Shown in pieces: positions 1-12,918 of a DNA stretch of 64,000 bases. Each line of letters starts with the position of its first letter. The first letter of the stretch is position 1. The translations under genes and the position numbers were made by a program. A model generated the notes under the pieces. That model saw only the letters and a program-made list of their open reading frames with translations. It made no database searches and had not been told where the DNA came from. This DNA is from Somniosus microcephalus (lineage: Eukaryota): contig CM126217.1 of assembly GCA_052327205.1 (NCBI GenBank), forward strand, positions 44,454,001 through 44,518,000, given 5' to 3'.

Positions 1-899
1 ATTGGCTCAAGCGTCATATTTATTTCAAAAAAGCAACATAGACAGTGGTAACACCAAATCACTGTCAGCTGAGCAACACTGATTCCCTCAAATATAATTC
101 GGACAACCAATAATGAACAAGAAACAGTGAGGTAGTAAAGCTCCAATGAGCAAGCAGCAATAACCACAGATGTACCAATCGCCATCTCCATTTATGAACT
201 GTTCCTATCAGTAACTAGTAAGCACCACAAAACCAGCTGAAATCACTTGAGATTTTTTTCAAACTAATTTCAGCTGCCATCTTGAATTTGACTCAACTGA
301 ATATAAAGCCATATAACTAACATAACATAAAAACATATAAAAATGAATTTGAAAAAAAATCACTAAACCTATCCATGATGTCAGCCATTACATCTTAGAA
401 ATGCCTCTAAGGACTTTTCCCCCAAGGGGCCCTTCCCTTCTCTTGGGACCCTGCGCTTCAGTTCTGCTGTATTACCCATTTGTATTATGTAGCTGGGACT
501 AGCCCTTAGGAAGAGACTCATCTAAGCACCAGAATCCTCAGGATGGGGCTGTGTAATTCTGCTGTCAATTAATCCCCTGCAGTTGCACCAGTTCTATAAA
601 CTGATGAAGCCTACATTTCAGGAATCTATGGAATTAGAATCAGGCATTTCTCCCTGATGCTGAAGAAAAGCACCTCAGTTTTCTAATTCAGTATTCTTAT
701 TACATAAATTCTTATTACATGACAGCAAACTGCCAACTTGTGCCTTGCCTTTCCAACTCACTCTTTCCCTCCACAAATGGCTTTGCATATGTGACTTATT
801 TTTAAAAAAGCTCTTTGTAAGACATATGTTTGTGTTTTTAGTATTATTCCACATCTGTTAAATGTAAATCACCATCCACAATAAAATTGGTCAGGATCA

Positions 900-1340
900 C
901 AAGAGAGCTACGGATGAGGAAGACCATTTGGCTCATCTTAATTTATCCACCCAAAAAATCCTAAAATCCCCCCCCCCACCCCACCTATTTCAGCACCAAT
1001 TGTTTCTTAAAAGATTCCAGGGTTTTCACCTCCATTACTCTTCTTGGAAATCTATCCCATCCATTGATAACTCTTTGTGTAAAGAAGAATTACCTGACAT
1101 GATTGACATCAGTCCTAAATTTACCTTTTAGTAGTTTGAATCTACGTCCACTTATCCTATTTTGCTGTTTAACTTAATGTAATGTAATGGTCCCAACATC
1201 GACCCCTAGGGCACCCCACTCAGTACTTCTCCACCCCAACCCCCCTCCTCAACATAACTTCTGTAATCAGAACTCGTAGTTTTCTATCCTTCAGCTAGTT
1301 TCTTATCCATTCCCTGGGTTTACCCTGAATCCCTAATGAT
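900..1340 (-). mobile_element. Old, degraded CR1 LINE fragments (RT region/3' end)
   Basis: Minus strand at about 1190-1222 reads AGTGGGGTGCCCTAGGGGTCGATGTTGGGACC, a decayed SGVPQGSVLGP motif; boundaries approximate. Confidence 0.55.
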
Positions 1341-1475
1341 TTGAATTTAACAAATCTTTCTTGTGTATTTTCTATTATCCATTTGGTATATAACATTTAA
1401 AAATAGCATGAATGTATCCCTGAAATAAATAACTGCAACTACTAATGACAGTACAGACTTTATTTGATCTGTTCT

Positions 1476-2099
1476 GGGATTAATTTTAAATTGTTTCAAC
1501 TGTTGTAAATGGGGCGATAAAATATTTAAAATAGCACTGCAGTACTTACCGCCCTGTTTATACCTCCATTGCAGCCGCCACCATTTTGTAAGGGGCCTGA
1601 CAGTGGGTAGCCAAACAACCTTCTGTTTCAGGCAAGAGGGCTAATTTAATATGCAAATATGAATGCTATGACGTACATGGGACGCTGATAGCCATTTTAG
1701 GAGTGAACTCCTTGGAGTGTGCGCAGGGCACTCTCCGATCAGTTCCACAGGCGATGGAGGAGAAGAGGCCCAGCACAAGTAAGTTTGAAATTATTTTTGT
1801 GGGGCCATGAAGAGCAGGGGTGCTCTTCCGGACAAAACCTGGGCCGCTGGTGCCCCAGAACCCACCACTCTGCGATTGCGACCACACATGCACTTACCTT
1901 GCTAACTTCTGGGGTGGCTCGATATTTGCCAGCCTTAATCCTGTGAGCTGCATCAGGATGCCTGTTTGGCACCCTGCAACTCGCCAGTTCAATGTAAATG
2001 AGACTGGGCCTCAAAATCGTGGCCATCTCTTTGCTATTGGAACAGGTAACCAGTTGACACGCTCTGCTGGTCGGTCGCCCAAATGTCAAAATCGATCCC
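1476..2099. mobile_element. Non-autonomous Harbinger-like MITE
   Basis: Terminal inverted repeats GGGATTAATTTT (1476) and AAAATCGATCCC (ends 2099); CpG-richer than flanks; TSD not cleanly preserved. Confidence 0.55.
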
Positions 2100-2447
2100 A
2101 GTGAGTCATGAGACTATCTTCATAGTCCTGCTGAAATAGTCAGCTGTGCTCTTTATGCATTTGCAACCCATCTTCAATCCAACCAAATTGATTGCTGTAC
2201 ATGCTGGCTGCTTAGATCTTAAAGGGAATTGTTTTTGCTCAAATTGTCACATATTCCCAAGTGTTATAAAGGAAAATATCGGTACACTTATTAGTGTCTC
2301 TCATTAAAACGCTGATCAGAAGCAGCTTGAGTGTTCAACTACCCCAACATGTCATGAACAAAACTCTGTTCCAGTGACATTATGAATGGGGAGTAGAGTC
2401 CTACCCATAGCCTCCAATCATGACATATCAGGGGACTATAACATAAA

Positions 2448-3817
2448 GGCCTAGAAATTCAGTATCGCCACGTTTGGGGCGCTACAGCTGGGCGTTCACT
2501 AAATTTAGCGCCCAGCGCAACTTAGCGCCACCTTCACCGAAATTGAGTTGCATTGCCCCAAGAGGTTGCTGCTGCGCTAAAGCAGGCGATGCACGACTAT
2601 CATAAGGCGCTAAGCCGGCGAGCTGAGGCGCTAACACCGAGGGTGGGCGCAGCGCAGGTGCGGCGAGTTGCTGATTGAAGGCAGACACGCTGGCGCTGGT
2701 CAGCTCTTAAAGGGGGAGAATCAATTTGTTTGGCTTGCACGCCCTGCACACTGCAGCCCTGAAGCAAGGCCTGACCATTGCTGGTTCATCAGTTCTATGC
2801 CCAGGACCATGGAGAAGGCCGCTATTCTTCCAAATCCCATTGCACGCTTGCTGCTTGTCCAGGGTCATGGGGAAGGAGATGTACTGACGTCTCCTTCTGA
2901 AAAGGGCATTGGTCACCTGGCGGATGCAGCAATGTACCGCGAACTGGGAGATGTTGGCAATGTCCCCAGTAGCCGATTGGAAGGAGCCGGTGGCATAGAA
3001 GTTGAGAGCCACCATCACCTTCACTGCCACCGACAGAGACGTCCTGCTCCTCAGCTGTGGCTGCAGATCTCTGCAAAGCAGGTGGCAGATCTCAGTGACC
3101 ACCTCCCTTCTGAATCGCAGCCTCCGAACACACTGCTCCTCAGACATGTTCAGATATGAGAACTGCTGGCGGTATACCTTGGGTGGGTAAGGCCTCCTGT
3201 GCCGACGCCTGTTGGCCCTTCTCCGTCTGGCCATGACTGGCACTCTCTCACGGCGTCTCTGAGCCCTTTGAATGCAATGGAGAAGCCCAACGTTTCCACC
3301 CATTGCAGCCCCCATTATATGTGGCAACTCAAGGCTATGGCACTGAAAGTTAAATCCAAGTGCAAAGCTCTGGCCTGAAGCCAGAAGTACCTGTGCGAGC
3401 GCTGAGTCAAAGCAGAAAGCTCTCTCCCTTTGTCTCTCTCCAAATATCCATGTCTCACACAGAAGGATTGGCACAAAATGGCTGCCACTTATAATGCAGG
3501 AGGCGTCCCCTTTAAATAGCGCGCCCCGCAGCGACTGGGAACCGTTCCCCTCTACCAGTCGCTGGGGGCGCCAGGCACACAGAAGGGCGGCGCCACTGAA
3601 GTTCCGGTTCGGGGCGCACCAAGGGCGTTGCACCATGAAATGACGTCAGGATCTGTGCACGCAGCTGAGCGGGCGCTGCGGTTTTGCGCCGCCGCTAATT
3701 CTTGAGTAAAGTTCGCGAGAGGCGCAGATCGCGTCGTGCCCGGGCGCTAGCCGCTTAGCACCCCACTTCTCCTCCTAAGGCGCTAACGGCTGGCGCTAAC
3801 AACTGAATTTCTAGGCC
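2448..3817 (-). mobile_element. PIF/Harbinger DNA transposon, internally deleted
   Basis: Perfect 16-bp TIRs GGCCTAGAAATTCAGT...ACTGAATTTCTAGGCC, 3-bp TSD AAA on both sides, GC/CpG-rich, carries a transposase N-terminal half. Confidence 0.93.
2790..3318 (-). pseudogene. Harbinger (HARBI1-like) DDE transposase, N-terminal half, frameshifted and truncated at the first catalytic Asp motif
   Basis: ORF 2707-3636 contains RPYPPKVYRQQFSYLNMSEEQCVRRLRFRREVVTEICHLL...ALNFYATGSFQSATGDIANISQFAVHCCIRQVTNALF...YISFP; a shifted frame continues RAMGFGRIAAFSMVLGI (cf. GFPxVxGAIDCTH) and then homology stops. Confidence 0.88.
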
Positions 3818-5689
3818 AAAATCTCTTTCCCAAGTTGCTTCTAACATCATTGTTCATGATTTTAAATTGGTAATAAGGCATACCAGAAAATTTAACAAGG
3901 ATGCACAAAAATATCTCTTTTTATATTATTTAGGATTTTTTGACAAAAGTCAGCAGAATACATTTCCCCTTTAAGGTTTTACATACTACCGCCATTGTGG
4001 ACAATATTTGTTGGTTTGCAATACTAAATTTAAACAGAACAAATTCAAAAACGAATGTAACAAAAATTTGGATGAAGGAGGAAAAGTTAGGTATTTTGCC
4101 ACAGAGCTCCTCCCTTTATCTGTCAGTGAGAGTCTTCACCAGCTGAATTACCTGCGCCCCTTTGACATTACAGTGCCCCTAAGTTGAGACTTCAGTTTTC
4201 CCACAGGCTCCATCACTATTGAGACCTCCTATCTACACAGCTGAGTTCCTACAGTTAACCTCCTTCAGGGAATGCTCCAGGAAGCCAGTTGATCAAAAGC
4301 ATATTTTTCTACTTTCACTTTTTAAATTGTAGTGCCTTATCCTGAATTCCCTTAGTGTTTGCAATGTTATTTCTGCCTATTAATTATCAGCTTTAATTAG
4401 CAATTTGTACTCATCACTAACTTCTACCCACGCATCAATTAAAATAACTATAAACTTTTAAAAAACTCTTTAATGCTACTCCTAGATTGTTATTACAGTC
4501 CAGCTGCACCTTTCAAGCAAACTAATATGGCAAATGTACATTTACAGTAATTGAAATGCAGTGACTTGATTTCAGTTATTCCCCCTTTATACTGCAGAAC
4601 TGTCATGGGTGACATCCCTGACTTCAGCAAGTTACTGCAGGCCACCATTATCCTAAGCATGGGACAGGCCAAGCATGTAGTTTTGTGATGCTGCCCTTTA
4701 CAGGCCATCAACAACCAATGAAAAAGATCCAGCAAATGAAGGTCCCAAGTGTGATTTTAAACCACCGCATGCACAATTGTTCACTGCTACCGTTGGTCTG
4801 AAACCCACCCCTGCAATGCAAATGGATTAGATTAGACAGCATCTTAGCACATTGTATTAATAGTGACGTCGTTGTGTGGAGTTCCTTCCCCACTTGTTCC
4901 AAATATTTTCTGGACCCAACTGTAAACACTTGGCCTCAGAAGTGCAGGAGAAACTGAAGTAACTACCCTTTGAAAGGAATATTGATGCCAGATTCTGCTC
5001 TAGTTGGTTTTTGATCTACTAGATGTCCTTTATTGCTGTCCGAGCCACTTTGTAGTTTGCTTGCAAGCACATTTGTCACACCAAAATTGTCTTTATTGGA
5101 ATATGAGCTGGTTCAACTCACGTGATCAGAATCTTGGCAACTAGAATGACGAGGAGTATCATCATCTCAAGGTCATTTCAAATTACAGGATTCTACAGGC
5201 TGCCAACTGCCGTGTTGTCAAGCTGGGAAATTCCTCACAGTCCTGTATTTCCTTATTTGCAACTTTCAAACAATATTCTTTTATTCATCTTTCATGTAAC
5301 TATTTTTAACTAATCTCTTTTTTAAACCAACCCTGCAGCCATTTCAAAATGATGTGTTTTTCATATTCTCAGACTTTAACTAGAGTGCTCAGATGTAATG
5401 GATTTCCTGAAACTTGTTGCGCAATGTAATTCTTATCTTTGTACTTAATTAGAATTTGATCATTTTGATATTTCATGCCTTCACTCAGGAAAAACTTGAG
5501 TTTGTTGACACATGTCCCACTTAGAGCCATTTCCCCTATAATTCATTTATACTGTCAAGTTCATAAAATATAAATTCCACTCAAAAAGTTACTTGACAAT
5601 CTACCACAACATTGATCTCAATATGATACATCAGGATTATAGGGGGGGGTGCGAGAACTATAGTAATGAGGAAAGACAAGTAATTGGGA

Positions 5690-6075
5690 CAATTGCCACT
5701 GGAGCAGAGAAGGTGAAGAGGAGATTTAATTGAAGTTTTTACAACAATGATTTTTTTTTTAGGATGAATTGGGAAAGATTAGTTGCTCTAGTTGGGGAGT
5801 CAGTAATGGGTGATTGGGAAGTCATCAGTTGAAAATTGGCAGAGAGAGGGTGGAAGAAATCTCTTTACACAGAGAATTGTTGGAGCATGGGATGCCTTGC
5901 CACCAGAAGCAGTGAGGCACCATTGCATCTTTTAAGGGAAGAATAGGTAAACATTTGATTCTGAGGAAAATACAGGACTATGGATAGAGCAACACATTGA
6001 GGTTTCTTTTAGATTGCTCTAGCCAGCATAGACACAGTGGACTCTTGGTCTTTTATGCTGTTAACTTCTATGATT
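5690..6075 (+). mobile_element. Degraded CR1 LINE 3' end
   Basis: CTGGAGCAGAGAAGGTGAAGAGGAGATTTAATTGAAG (LEQRRLRGDLIE-like), FTQRxVxxW-like segment and TTCTATGATTCT tail. Confidence 0.7.
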
Positions 6076-6427
6076 CTGTCTTGCCCAGCCTTTCGTAGCG
6101 ATATGGCAATGGCCCTCTCCGGTATGAACCTGGGTTTGATCTGAGTCTTTGTTAAACCCTGAATATCACCAGTCAAGAGGTCAGGGAATCTCCTAGTCAT
6201 GCTCCAGGATCCTCATTATTCCAGAATTTGGATTGGTACCCATAGTGATCAGCCACATTCACTCTGGGTACTATTTCGAGGTGATTAAGGTTATGTACGT
6301 TTAAGTGGACCAAGCTTTCACACAGTTTTCCATGTATAGTATGTATATATATTACATCCGACAGATTGTTCCCAATATGTAAGCCTTTCTTCAGTCTCAT
6401 ACTTTTATTTTATAGAATAATTAACTT

Positions 6428-7220
6428 GGGCTGGATTTTGTCAATGGGGGCGCGTTGGGGGTGGGACTGCTGGTTGTCGGGTTTCAGTCCCACCCCCAAC
6501 GACATCTGGCCAACTCACGCTATTTTCCCTTGATTTACCTTACCGACCAATTAAGGGAAAGCCGGTGACAGAAGACGTCAGCGTGTGACGTATCGTCTGT
6601 CGAAATTTTTTTGACAGATGAGTTGTCAGCGTTTGACAGCTTTGAGAAGCTGTCAAACACTGACGATCTCTGTTCTAAGTTGAGCCCTTGCACTGAAGGC
6701 TTACCAAATCCTCTTTCCTCAGCAGAAATCAGATGGCTGCTGCATCTGAGAATGCAGCAGTCATTCTATCATCTCTGTTGTTGAGATGAGGCACCTCGGA
6801 TCCCCAAGGGCTGAAGCCAGCAGGAAGAAGCAAGGTAAGTAACCTTTTTCCAACACTTTACACTCACCTCTCATACTTACCTCTCCACACTTGCACCCAT
6901 CACTCACCTCCACAGCGGACTTTTCGACCCCTCTCACCCCCGCAGACTCACTGCTCGCCTCGCTGACCCTGGCGAGGTTCGCAGCTGTCGGGAAGCCCAC
7001 ACTTGCAGGGGTAAAAACTGCCTGTTAACGGGCAGTTAATTGTCTCTAATCCCCATCCCGCCTCAAGGAGAAGGGTCCCTGCGCGAGTCGGGGACCCGCC
7101 TCCCGGGAAGATGGCACGGAGGTGGGTTGAGAGCGGGGTTGGTACCCGCTCCCAGTTTCTGCCATTTTCCCGGCAGTCCCGCCTCCATACCCACCTCCCC
7201 AGGGCTGGGAAAATTCCCCC
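6428..7220. mobile_element. Non-autonomous Harbinger-like element (family B, copy 1)
   Basis: Starts GGGCTGGATTTTGTCAATGG, ends GGAAAATTCCCCC; CTT flanks both sides (3-bp TSD); homologous in inverted orientation to 56859-57699. Confidence 0.8.
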
Positions 7221-8067
7221 CTTTGATTTGTTATTGTGTGTTTAAGGATTTGTCAGATTCCTATTCAGCCAAGAGTGCCTCTGTAACAAAGATAATTATA
7301 GAACATGTGTTTTTCCAGACCAGACATTGTGCTCATATATTGTGCAACATGACTTTGGTCTGTAAATTGCCTGATCTTTACTACTGTACTTCTAAGAACC
7401 ATCATATGCATTTTTCTCTAAACACATCACCCATAATTATTCACTGCAGGAATCTGAGACTACTTAGAGAAAAAAGAATTTACTGAACCAGTCAGGACAC
7501 AGTGAACTCTACCTCACAATCACAAGCTGTGTTGGCTCTTGTCATCGGCATATATGGGCAAAGACAAAGGCATATTGATGTGTAATAAAATGATGATCCA
7601 ACTGGTCAGGGCACAGTAATCTCTATCCCACAGTCACTGATTGTAGGCTCTTCCAATGACATATGGATAAACATAAAGTCACGCTGAGGCATATAAAATG
7701 ATAATTCTTCAGTGTAGCTGTGGAATTTCTTTATTGATAACCACAAGAATGATTAAGCTATCCATAAAAGCCCTTTTAGAATATGGTACATTTGCAAATG
7801 TGTGTGTACAACATATATCCATCAGGAAAATGACTATCCTTTGCTGCATTTGATATTCTTTCTCATTTACCTATGATCAAACACTAGATCCAATATACAG
7901 TTGTCCAATTAAAATTCTTGAATCCATTCTTTCTGCTAACAATGTAACTGTCCAATTGATAAACATCAAACTATAGTCCAGTGTTGTGTGAACTATTCAG
8001 CTAGTTGTAGTACTTAGTTCAATATTAGGTTTTATGTAAATATCGGGTTGGGCCCAATCAGCAATCT

Positions 8068-8754
8068 GGCCGCAAATTGCGGTTGTAATTGCTCTGGATT
8101 TTCGAAGTGAAGTTATGGTTCAAGTTTCCGCTCAAACTCACTTGCATAATCACAAATGTAAAATCTTCCATGAACCAGTGCAATCGGGCAGCGTAATAGA
8201 ACGTAATTGTTTATTTTATTTTTTTGCATTAAAATTTTTTTAAATTGATTTATATAAGAGAGCCTGGTGCAGTTTTATTAATACAGCTGAAAATAGGTTA
8301 ATCACAAAAATAAGCATTTTTAATAAGTGTCTAGACCACCATCTATGAGTAACCTGATTTTAAATCATTGAAAATGACTTTAAAAAACTATACTAAACCA
8401 TTTACTAGTTTCATTGATGTACTAGTCAGTTTCTTAGTAAATTAAATATTTTTTAATATTTAAAAACTTTTAAAACGAGCTTTTCCACCTTAAAAAAAAA
8501 GCTTACTTTGAAGAGGCTGCTGGAACGGTCGGAAACAGGCACAATCGGCTGAAACTTGACATGCTCAAAATTTCGATCTGGGGCGTGGCCAGTTTTGTGG
8601 GCGGGGCCAACTGCCTGCGCAATTTTTTTTAAACTAGCATTAAAGATCGCGGAAACTTGATTTATGCTCGACGTAACTTGCGCTTAAAATTCCTCAATCA
8701 TTTACGCTGATTTCGGGCAAATTGAACCAGCGCAAACTAGCGGAACTCTAGGCC
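8068..8754. mobile_element. Non-autonomous Harbinger-like MITE (family C)
   Basis: Imperfect TIRs GGCCGCAAATTGCG / CGGAACTCTAGGCC, CpG-rich subterminal arms around an AT-rich core; TSD imperfect. Confidence 0.6.
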
Positions 8755-9299
8755 ATCATGTTTCTTGATTAATACATGACAACAGAGAGAGTAACCCTCT
8801 TAACCTAACAGATCTACTTTTAAAATGATGCTATCTCTTTCACTTTTAGAATTAATACTCAAATGAAGAATCATTAAACTAAGCTCTTCTCACTTAATTT
8901 CAGTTTTATGAACTCACCTCCCCCACCACAGACTCAGCCTCACTATTCTAAATTAAAATATATAGAGTACATTATCCATCTTAAATGATCTCAATTTTAA
9001 ACAGAATACACTTACTGCAAGAGATCAAGATAATGCATTACAGACGTGTTCCATGAAAACTTACTTGGATTTATAGTCTAATTATATATATCCTTGATTT
9101 GATACTTTGGTACTCCTACTCAAAGAAAATAAATCTGACGACAGAGCGCAGTTATAATGGTCTATGTGTACACCATGTGCTCTACAGAGCTTTTTACAAG
9201 TTTCCTTTTTGTTCTCTGATCCCCATTTTTGTTTCCATTTTTAAATCTTATTTGCACCTTACCCAGTTCTCTTGGTGTGACAATTGTCTGTTAAGTTAA

Positions 9300-9558
9300 G
9301 AAAAAAGACCTTGCATTTACAATGTGCCTTTCAAGTCCTCAGGATTTCTACAGCACTACACAGATAATTAATTACTTTGCAGGCAAATGCAGCAGCCCAT
9401 TTGTACACGGCAAGGTACCAGAAATAGAAAACAGGATGAATGGTCAGTTAATCTGTTTTGAAGATGCTGGTTGAGGGACAAATGTTGGATAGAACACAAC
9501 TACTTTTCTTCAATAATGCCACACGAACAGGCCAATGGGTCCTCGATTTAACAACTCA
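9300..9558 (-). mobile_element. Deu-domain SINE (SacSINE1-like) 3' part with L2-type tail
   Basis: GCAAATGCAGCAGCCCATTTGTACACGGCAAGGT is the reverse complement of the Deu core as I recall it; AAAGACCTTGCATTTA tail; matches copies at 22.8, 40.2 and 51.2 kb. Confidence 0.65.
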
Positions 9559-10380
9559 ACCTTCTTGACCTGTCTGCAGCCTTTGATGTGGTTAACCACA
9601 CCATTCTCCTCTTAACGCCCCTGCTCCATTGTCCAGCTGAATGGGACTGCCCTCAACTGGTTATATTCTTATCTATCCAGTCACAGCCAGAGAATCTCCT
9701 ACAATGGCTTCTCCTCCCTCTCCCACACAATTACCTTTGGAGTCCCCAGGAATCTAACCTTGGCCCATCCTATTTCTCACCCACATCATCCTAAAACACA
9801 ACGTTATGTTCCACATGTACACTCACGACAGCCAGATCTACCTCACCAACGCCTCCGCATTGTCAGGATGCTTGTCCGACATCCAGTACTGGATGAGCAG
9901 AAATTTCCCAATTAAACATTGGGAAGTCCAAAACTATTATCTTTGATCCCGCCACAAACTACGCTACCTAGTGGCCACTTCCATCCATTCCCTGGCCACT
10001 GTCTGAGGCTGAACCAGACTGTTTCCAACCTCGGCATTCTTTTTGACCCTGAGCTGAGCTTCTGACCCGAGGCATCTCACAGGATCATAATCAGACAAAA
10101 ATTGATGCTGAGCCAAAGAAGGAGATATTAGGTCAGGTGACTAAAAGCTTGAAAAGGTAGGTTTTAAGGAGCATCGTAAAGGAGGAGAGAGCGGCAGAGA
10201 GGTTTAGGGAGTGAATTCCAGAGCTTAGGGCCTAGACAGCTGAAAGCACAGCCTCCAATAGTGGGACGAAGAAAGAGAGGGTTTGCACATAAAGCCAGAG
10301 TTGGAGGCACGCAGAGGTCTCGGAGAGTTGTAGGGCTGGAGGAGGTTACAGAGATAAAGAGGGGTGAGGCCATGGAGAGA
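9559..10380. mobile_element. L2 LINE fragment with internal inversion (RT part on +, 3' part on -)
   Basis: CTTCTTGACCTGTCTGCAGCCTTTGAT (LLDLSAAFD) and MYxxDxQIYL on +; from about 10070 the minus strand gives RPTIGGCAFSCLGPKLWNSLP. Confidence 0.75.
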
Positions 10381-10789
10381 GTTGAACTACTGATGGCATA
10401 TTTATGTTGGAGAAGTCCTTACTGTGCTGGGTCCCAGCCCACTTTCTGTTGAAACCCATTTTGATTTTAGGGTACTTTTGACAGTATAAAGCTTAAAGCA
10501 ACTGCATGTCTACAGTTGTTTTAAAGCTGCTGATTTAGTCATTTTTTGGCATTAGTACCTCTCTCATAAAAAGATCTGTCATGCCATTAATAGCAGAACT
10601 GTTTTGTTGCCTATAGAGGCAGCCTACCAGAGACCATTTTCCTTGGCCACTTTTTGCTCCAAAGCATTCCACTTAGCATTTACACTGGAGCTTGAGAGAA
10701 CACTGCCAGCAGAGGCTTGGCTAAAATCTATATACTTTTGTGGTGCATGTTACCACCAGTGGCAGCTCGAGCAAACATTTAATTTAGCC

Positions 10790-11060
10790 AACTGTGTGTG
10801 AGCCAAACAACACAGGAAGCAAGGTCTCAAGTTCAACCCTTGGTCTGTACTAAGGTAGCTGATCTCGGCTGGGGAAGGCAATAAGGCACCGTGATTAGCA
10901 TTGATGCCCCTACACTAACGTTCCTCTTGCTGATCGCTCTCCAGTGAACCCTGCTGAAAAATGCACTTTTGGGAAATCAAGTGAGAACAGGGTCAAATGG
11001 TCTCCATGGTTAAATAATGTGTCAACATTCACTCTCCAGGTTTACGGTGAAGAATGGATG
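10790..11060 (+). mobile_element. Ancient unclassified SINE-like repeat (also at about 31370-31690, 46980-47310, 47340-47590)
   Basis: Shared motifs between copies: B-box-like (AG)TTCAA(T/C)CC followed by AGCTGAT, CCAGTGA(A/C)CCCTG(C/T)TG, GTGAG(A/G)ACAGG and CTGTGATGCC. Confidence 0.5.
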
Positions 11061-11425
11061 AAGTACTGGAGGGCTGCAGCCCCCTGTGAAACCATATCCC
11101 AGAAAGAGTCAGTGCCTTCAGCAGAAGCGTGGAGTATAAACACCGGCATTGACCTGTTAGGCCAAATGGCCTCCTATGATTCTATGAAGAGGGGAGGAAA
11201 TTAGAAAAGAGTAAACAAATGACTGTTGTACACGTAACAGGGCCAGATTCTCTAGAAATAAGAGACTTTTTGCCTTTTAATTTAACTCTACATTTCTATA
11301 CTTGACCAATGTACAGGTAAGTGGAATAATGGTATTTCTTAGATGAGGTTATGAAGTGAGGAAATACTTCACTGAGTGGTCCGTCTGAGAACTGATCAGA
11401 CACATCATGGATGGTAATACATAGA

Positions 11426-11630
11426 GAGTGGTGAGAATGTGGAACTCTGCCACATGGAGTGGTTGATGTAGATAGCTTTGATGCATTTAAAGGGAGGCTT
11501 GGTGCATACATGAGGGAGAAGGGAATAGAAGAATACGCGGAGCAGAGCGGGAGAAGTCTTGTATGGAGTATAAACTTCGGCATAGACCATTTGGGCCGAA
11601 TGGCCTGTTTCTGTGCTGTAAATTCTATGT
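11426..11630 (+). mobile_element. CR1 LINE 3' end
   Basis: RVVRMWNSLP-like and FKGRLGAYM...GIEEY segments followed by the CR1 3'UTR GGGCCGAATGGCCTGTTTCTGTGCTGTAAATTCTATG. Confidence 0.8.
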
Positions 11631-11698
11631 GGCAAATAATATTGGCTGTTAGAAGAAAGGTAAGAGGTATTGTAAGAGTGTGCTCTCTGCTTCTTTAG

Positions 11699-12100
11699 TC
11701 ACCTATCTAGCTTCTCTGTAGATGCAGTCATTTCTGACTTCTGATGTCATGGTATTGTTGGATCTGGCTGTACAAGCAACAGTCTTCTCCAATCATTTAA
11801 ACAGAAGATAAAACTTCCATTGAGTCCACCCAAGAGTGAACAATGTGAGAAAACTAAAGTAGACGGTTTAGGTTTAGAATTGGGAGTGTTTAGAGTGAAT
11901 AATGAACCTACATTGTAGTGCCGGGGTTAGGTGACATAACGAGACACAAAAGCGAAACTCAAGTAATCTGTACATGTCATATGAACCCCAAGATTAAATT
12001 ACAAATTATACTCCCTTTATACTATCTATAATTTTTGTTTATATATATATTTCTATATGTACTATAAAGCCTTAATAAAATGAAAACATGCTAACACTGT
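11699..12100 (+). other. Candidate terminal exon/3'UTR of an unidentified upstream gene
   Basis: Acceptor TGCTCTCTGCTTCTTTAG|TC at 11698/11699, stop codons early in all frames, AU-rich UTR-like sequence, AATAAA at 12074. Confidence 0.45.
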
Positions 12101-12863
12101 TGAAAATAGAGCTGAAAGGACATTGAAGGCTGAAAGGTTACATGATGGATGTTACTGTCAATTCGTGCCGCACCCCAAAAAAGAATTTAATAAACTGACT
12201 GTTTTGGTCTCACCGTTAACCTAAAACATCCCAAAGACAGCTGAACTGTTATTTAAACCAATGATGGAACAATATTCCTATTTGGCACATGCACTAGCCC
12301 AGTGTCACAATCTGGTACAGAACTAAACCATGCAAGGATACAAATGTTACGTATAAGACTGGTACAGCTTCATTTTATTATTAAAATGATCTTTTTAAAA
12401 AAAAAACCTGCTCAATAATTCCTACTGAACAAAATTGTTTTGCTGGTTATCTTTTTAAAACTTGTTTAATGTTTCTAGTGTCAAAACAATGTAAACAATG
12501 AATTTTAACGTGTGTTGAAAGAGTATTGTAATTCTATACTTGTTAACATTTTTAATTTTATTTCCTTTTTGGCCTGTTCATTGTCTGTGTGTTAGATGCA
12601 TTTATAAAAAAAAGGGTGTGTGTTTAATGGGCTTTGGTGCATTACATGAAAATCTTGTATGCTTAACAGATTGATTTCTCTGACATTTACATTGACTAAA
12701 AAATGTACTGCCTTCATTCATCTTCATGATGAAAAAGGGTTTTCTCTTTGGCTCTTTTGCTGCAAACTATTGCCAGATTAAAATCTCTTTTATTCCTCCT
12801 GCCTATGTAGTATAAACACTGTGTTAGCATGCATTGTGCTTTTTTCTTTCCCCCATTACTTAG

Positions 12864-12918
12864 CATAAATGAACGTCACCGCCAGGATTGAAATCAAGTC
12901 CAGCAAAAATGTTTGCAG
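12864..12918 (+). other. Candidate short exon of the same gene (contains stops)
   Basis: Strong acceptor TTTTTCTTTCCCCCATTACTTAG|C; possible donor TTGCAG|GTACAC at 12918. Confidence 0.4.

Noticed and set aside
129-150. let-7-like TGAGGTAGTA
   Set aside because: Similarity ends after 10 nt and no hairpin partner is evident.
370-660. Possible CR1 ORF1 esterase remnant on the minus strand
   Set aside because: Motif resemblance too weak to support without alignment.
2707-3636. Domesticated host gene HARBI1
   Set aside because: Enclosed by TIRs and a TSD, frameshifted and lacking the DDE catalytic core.
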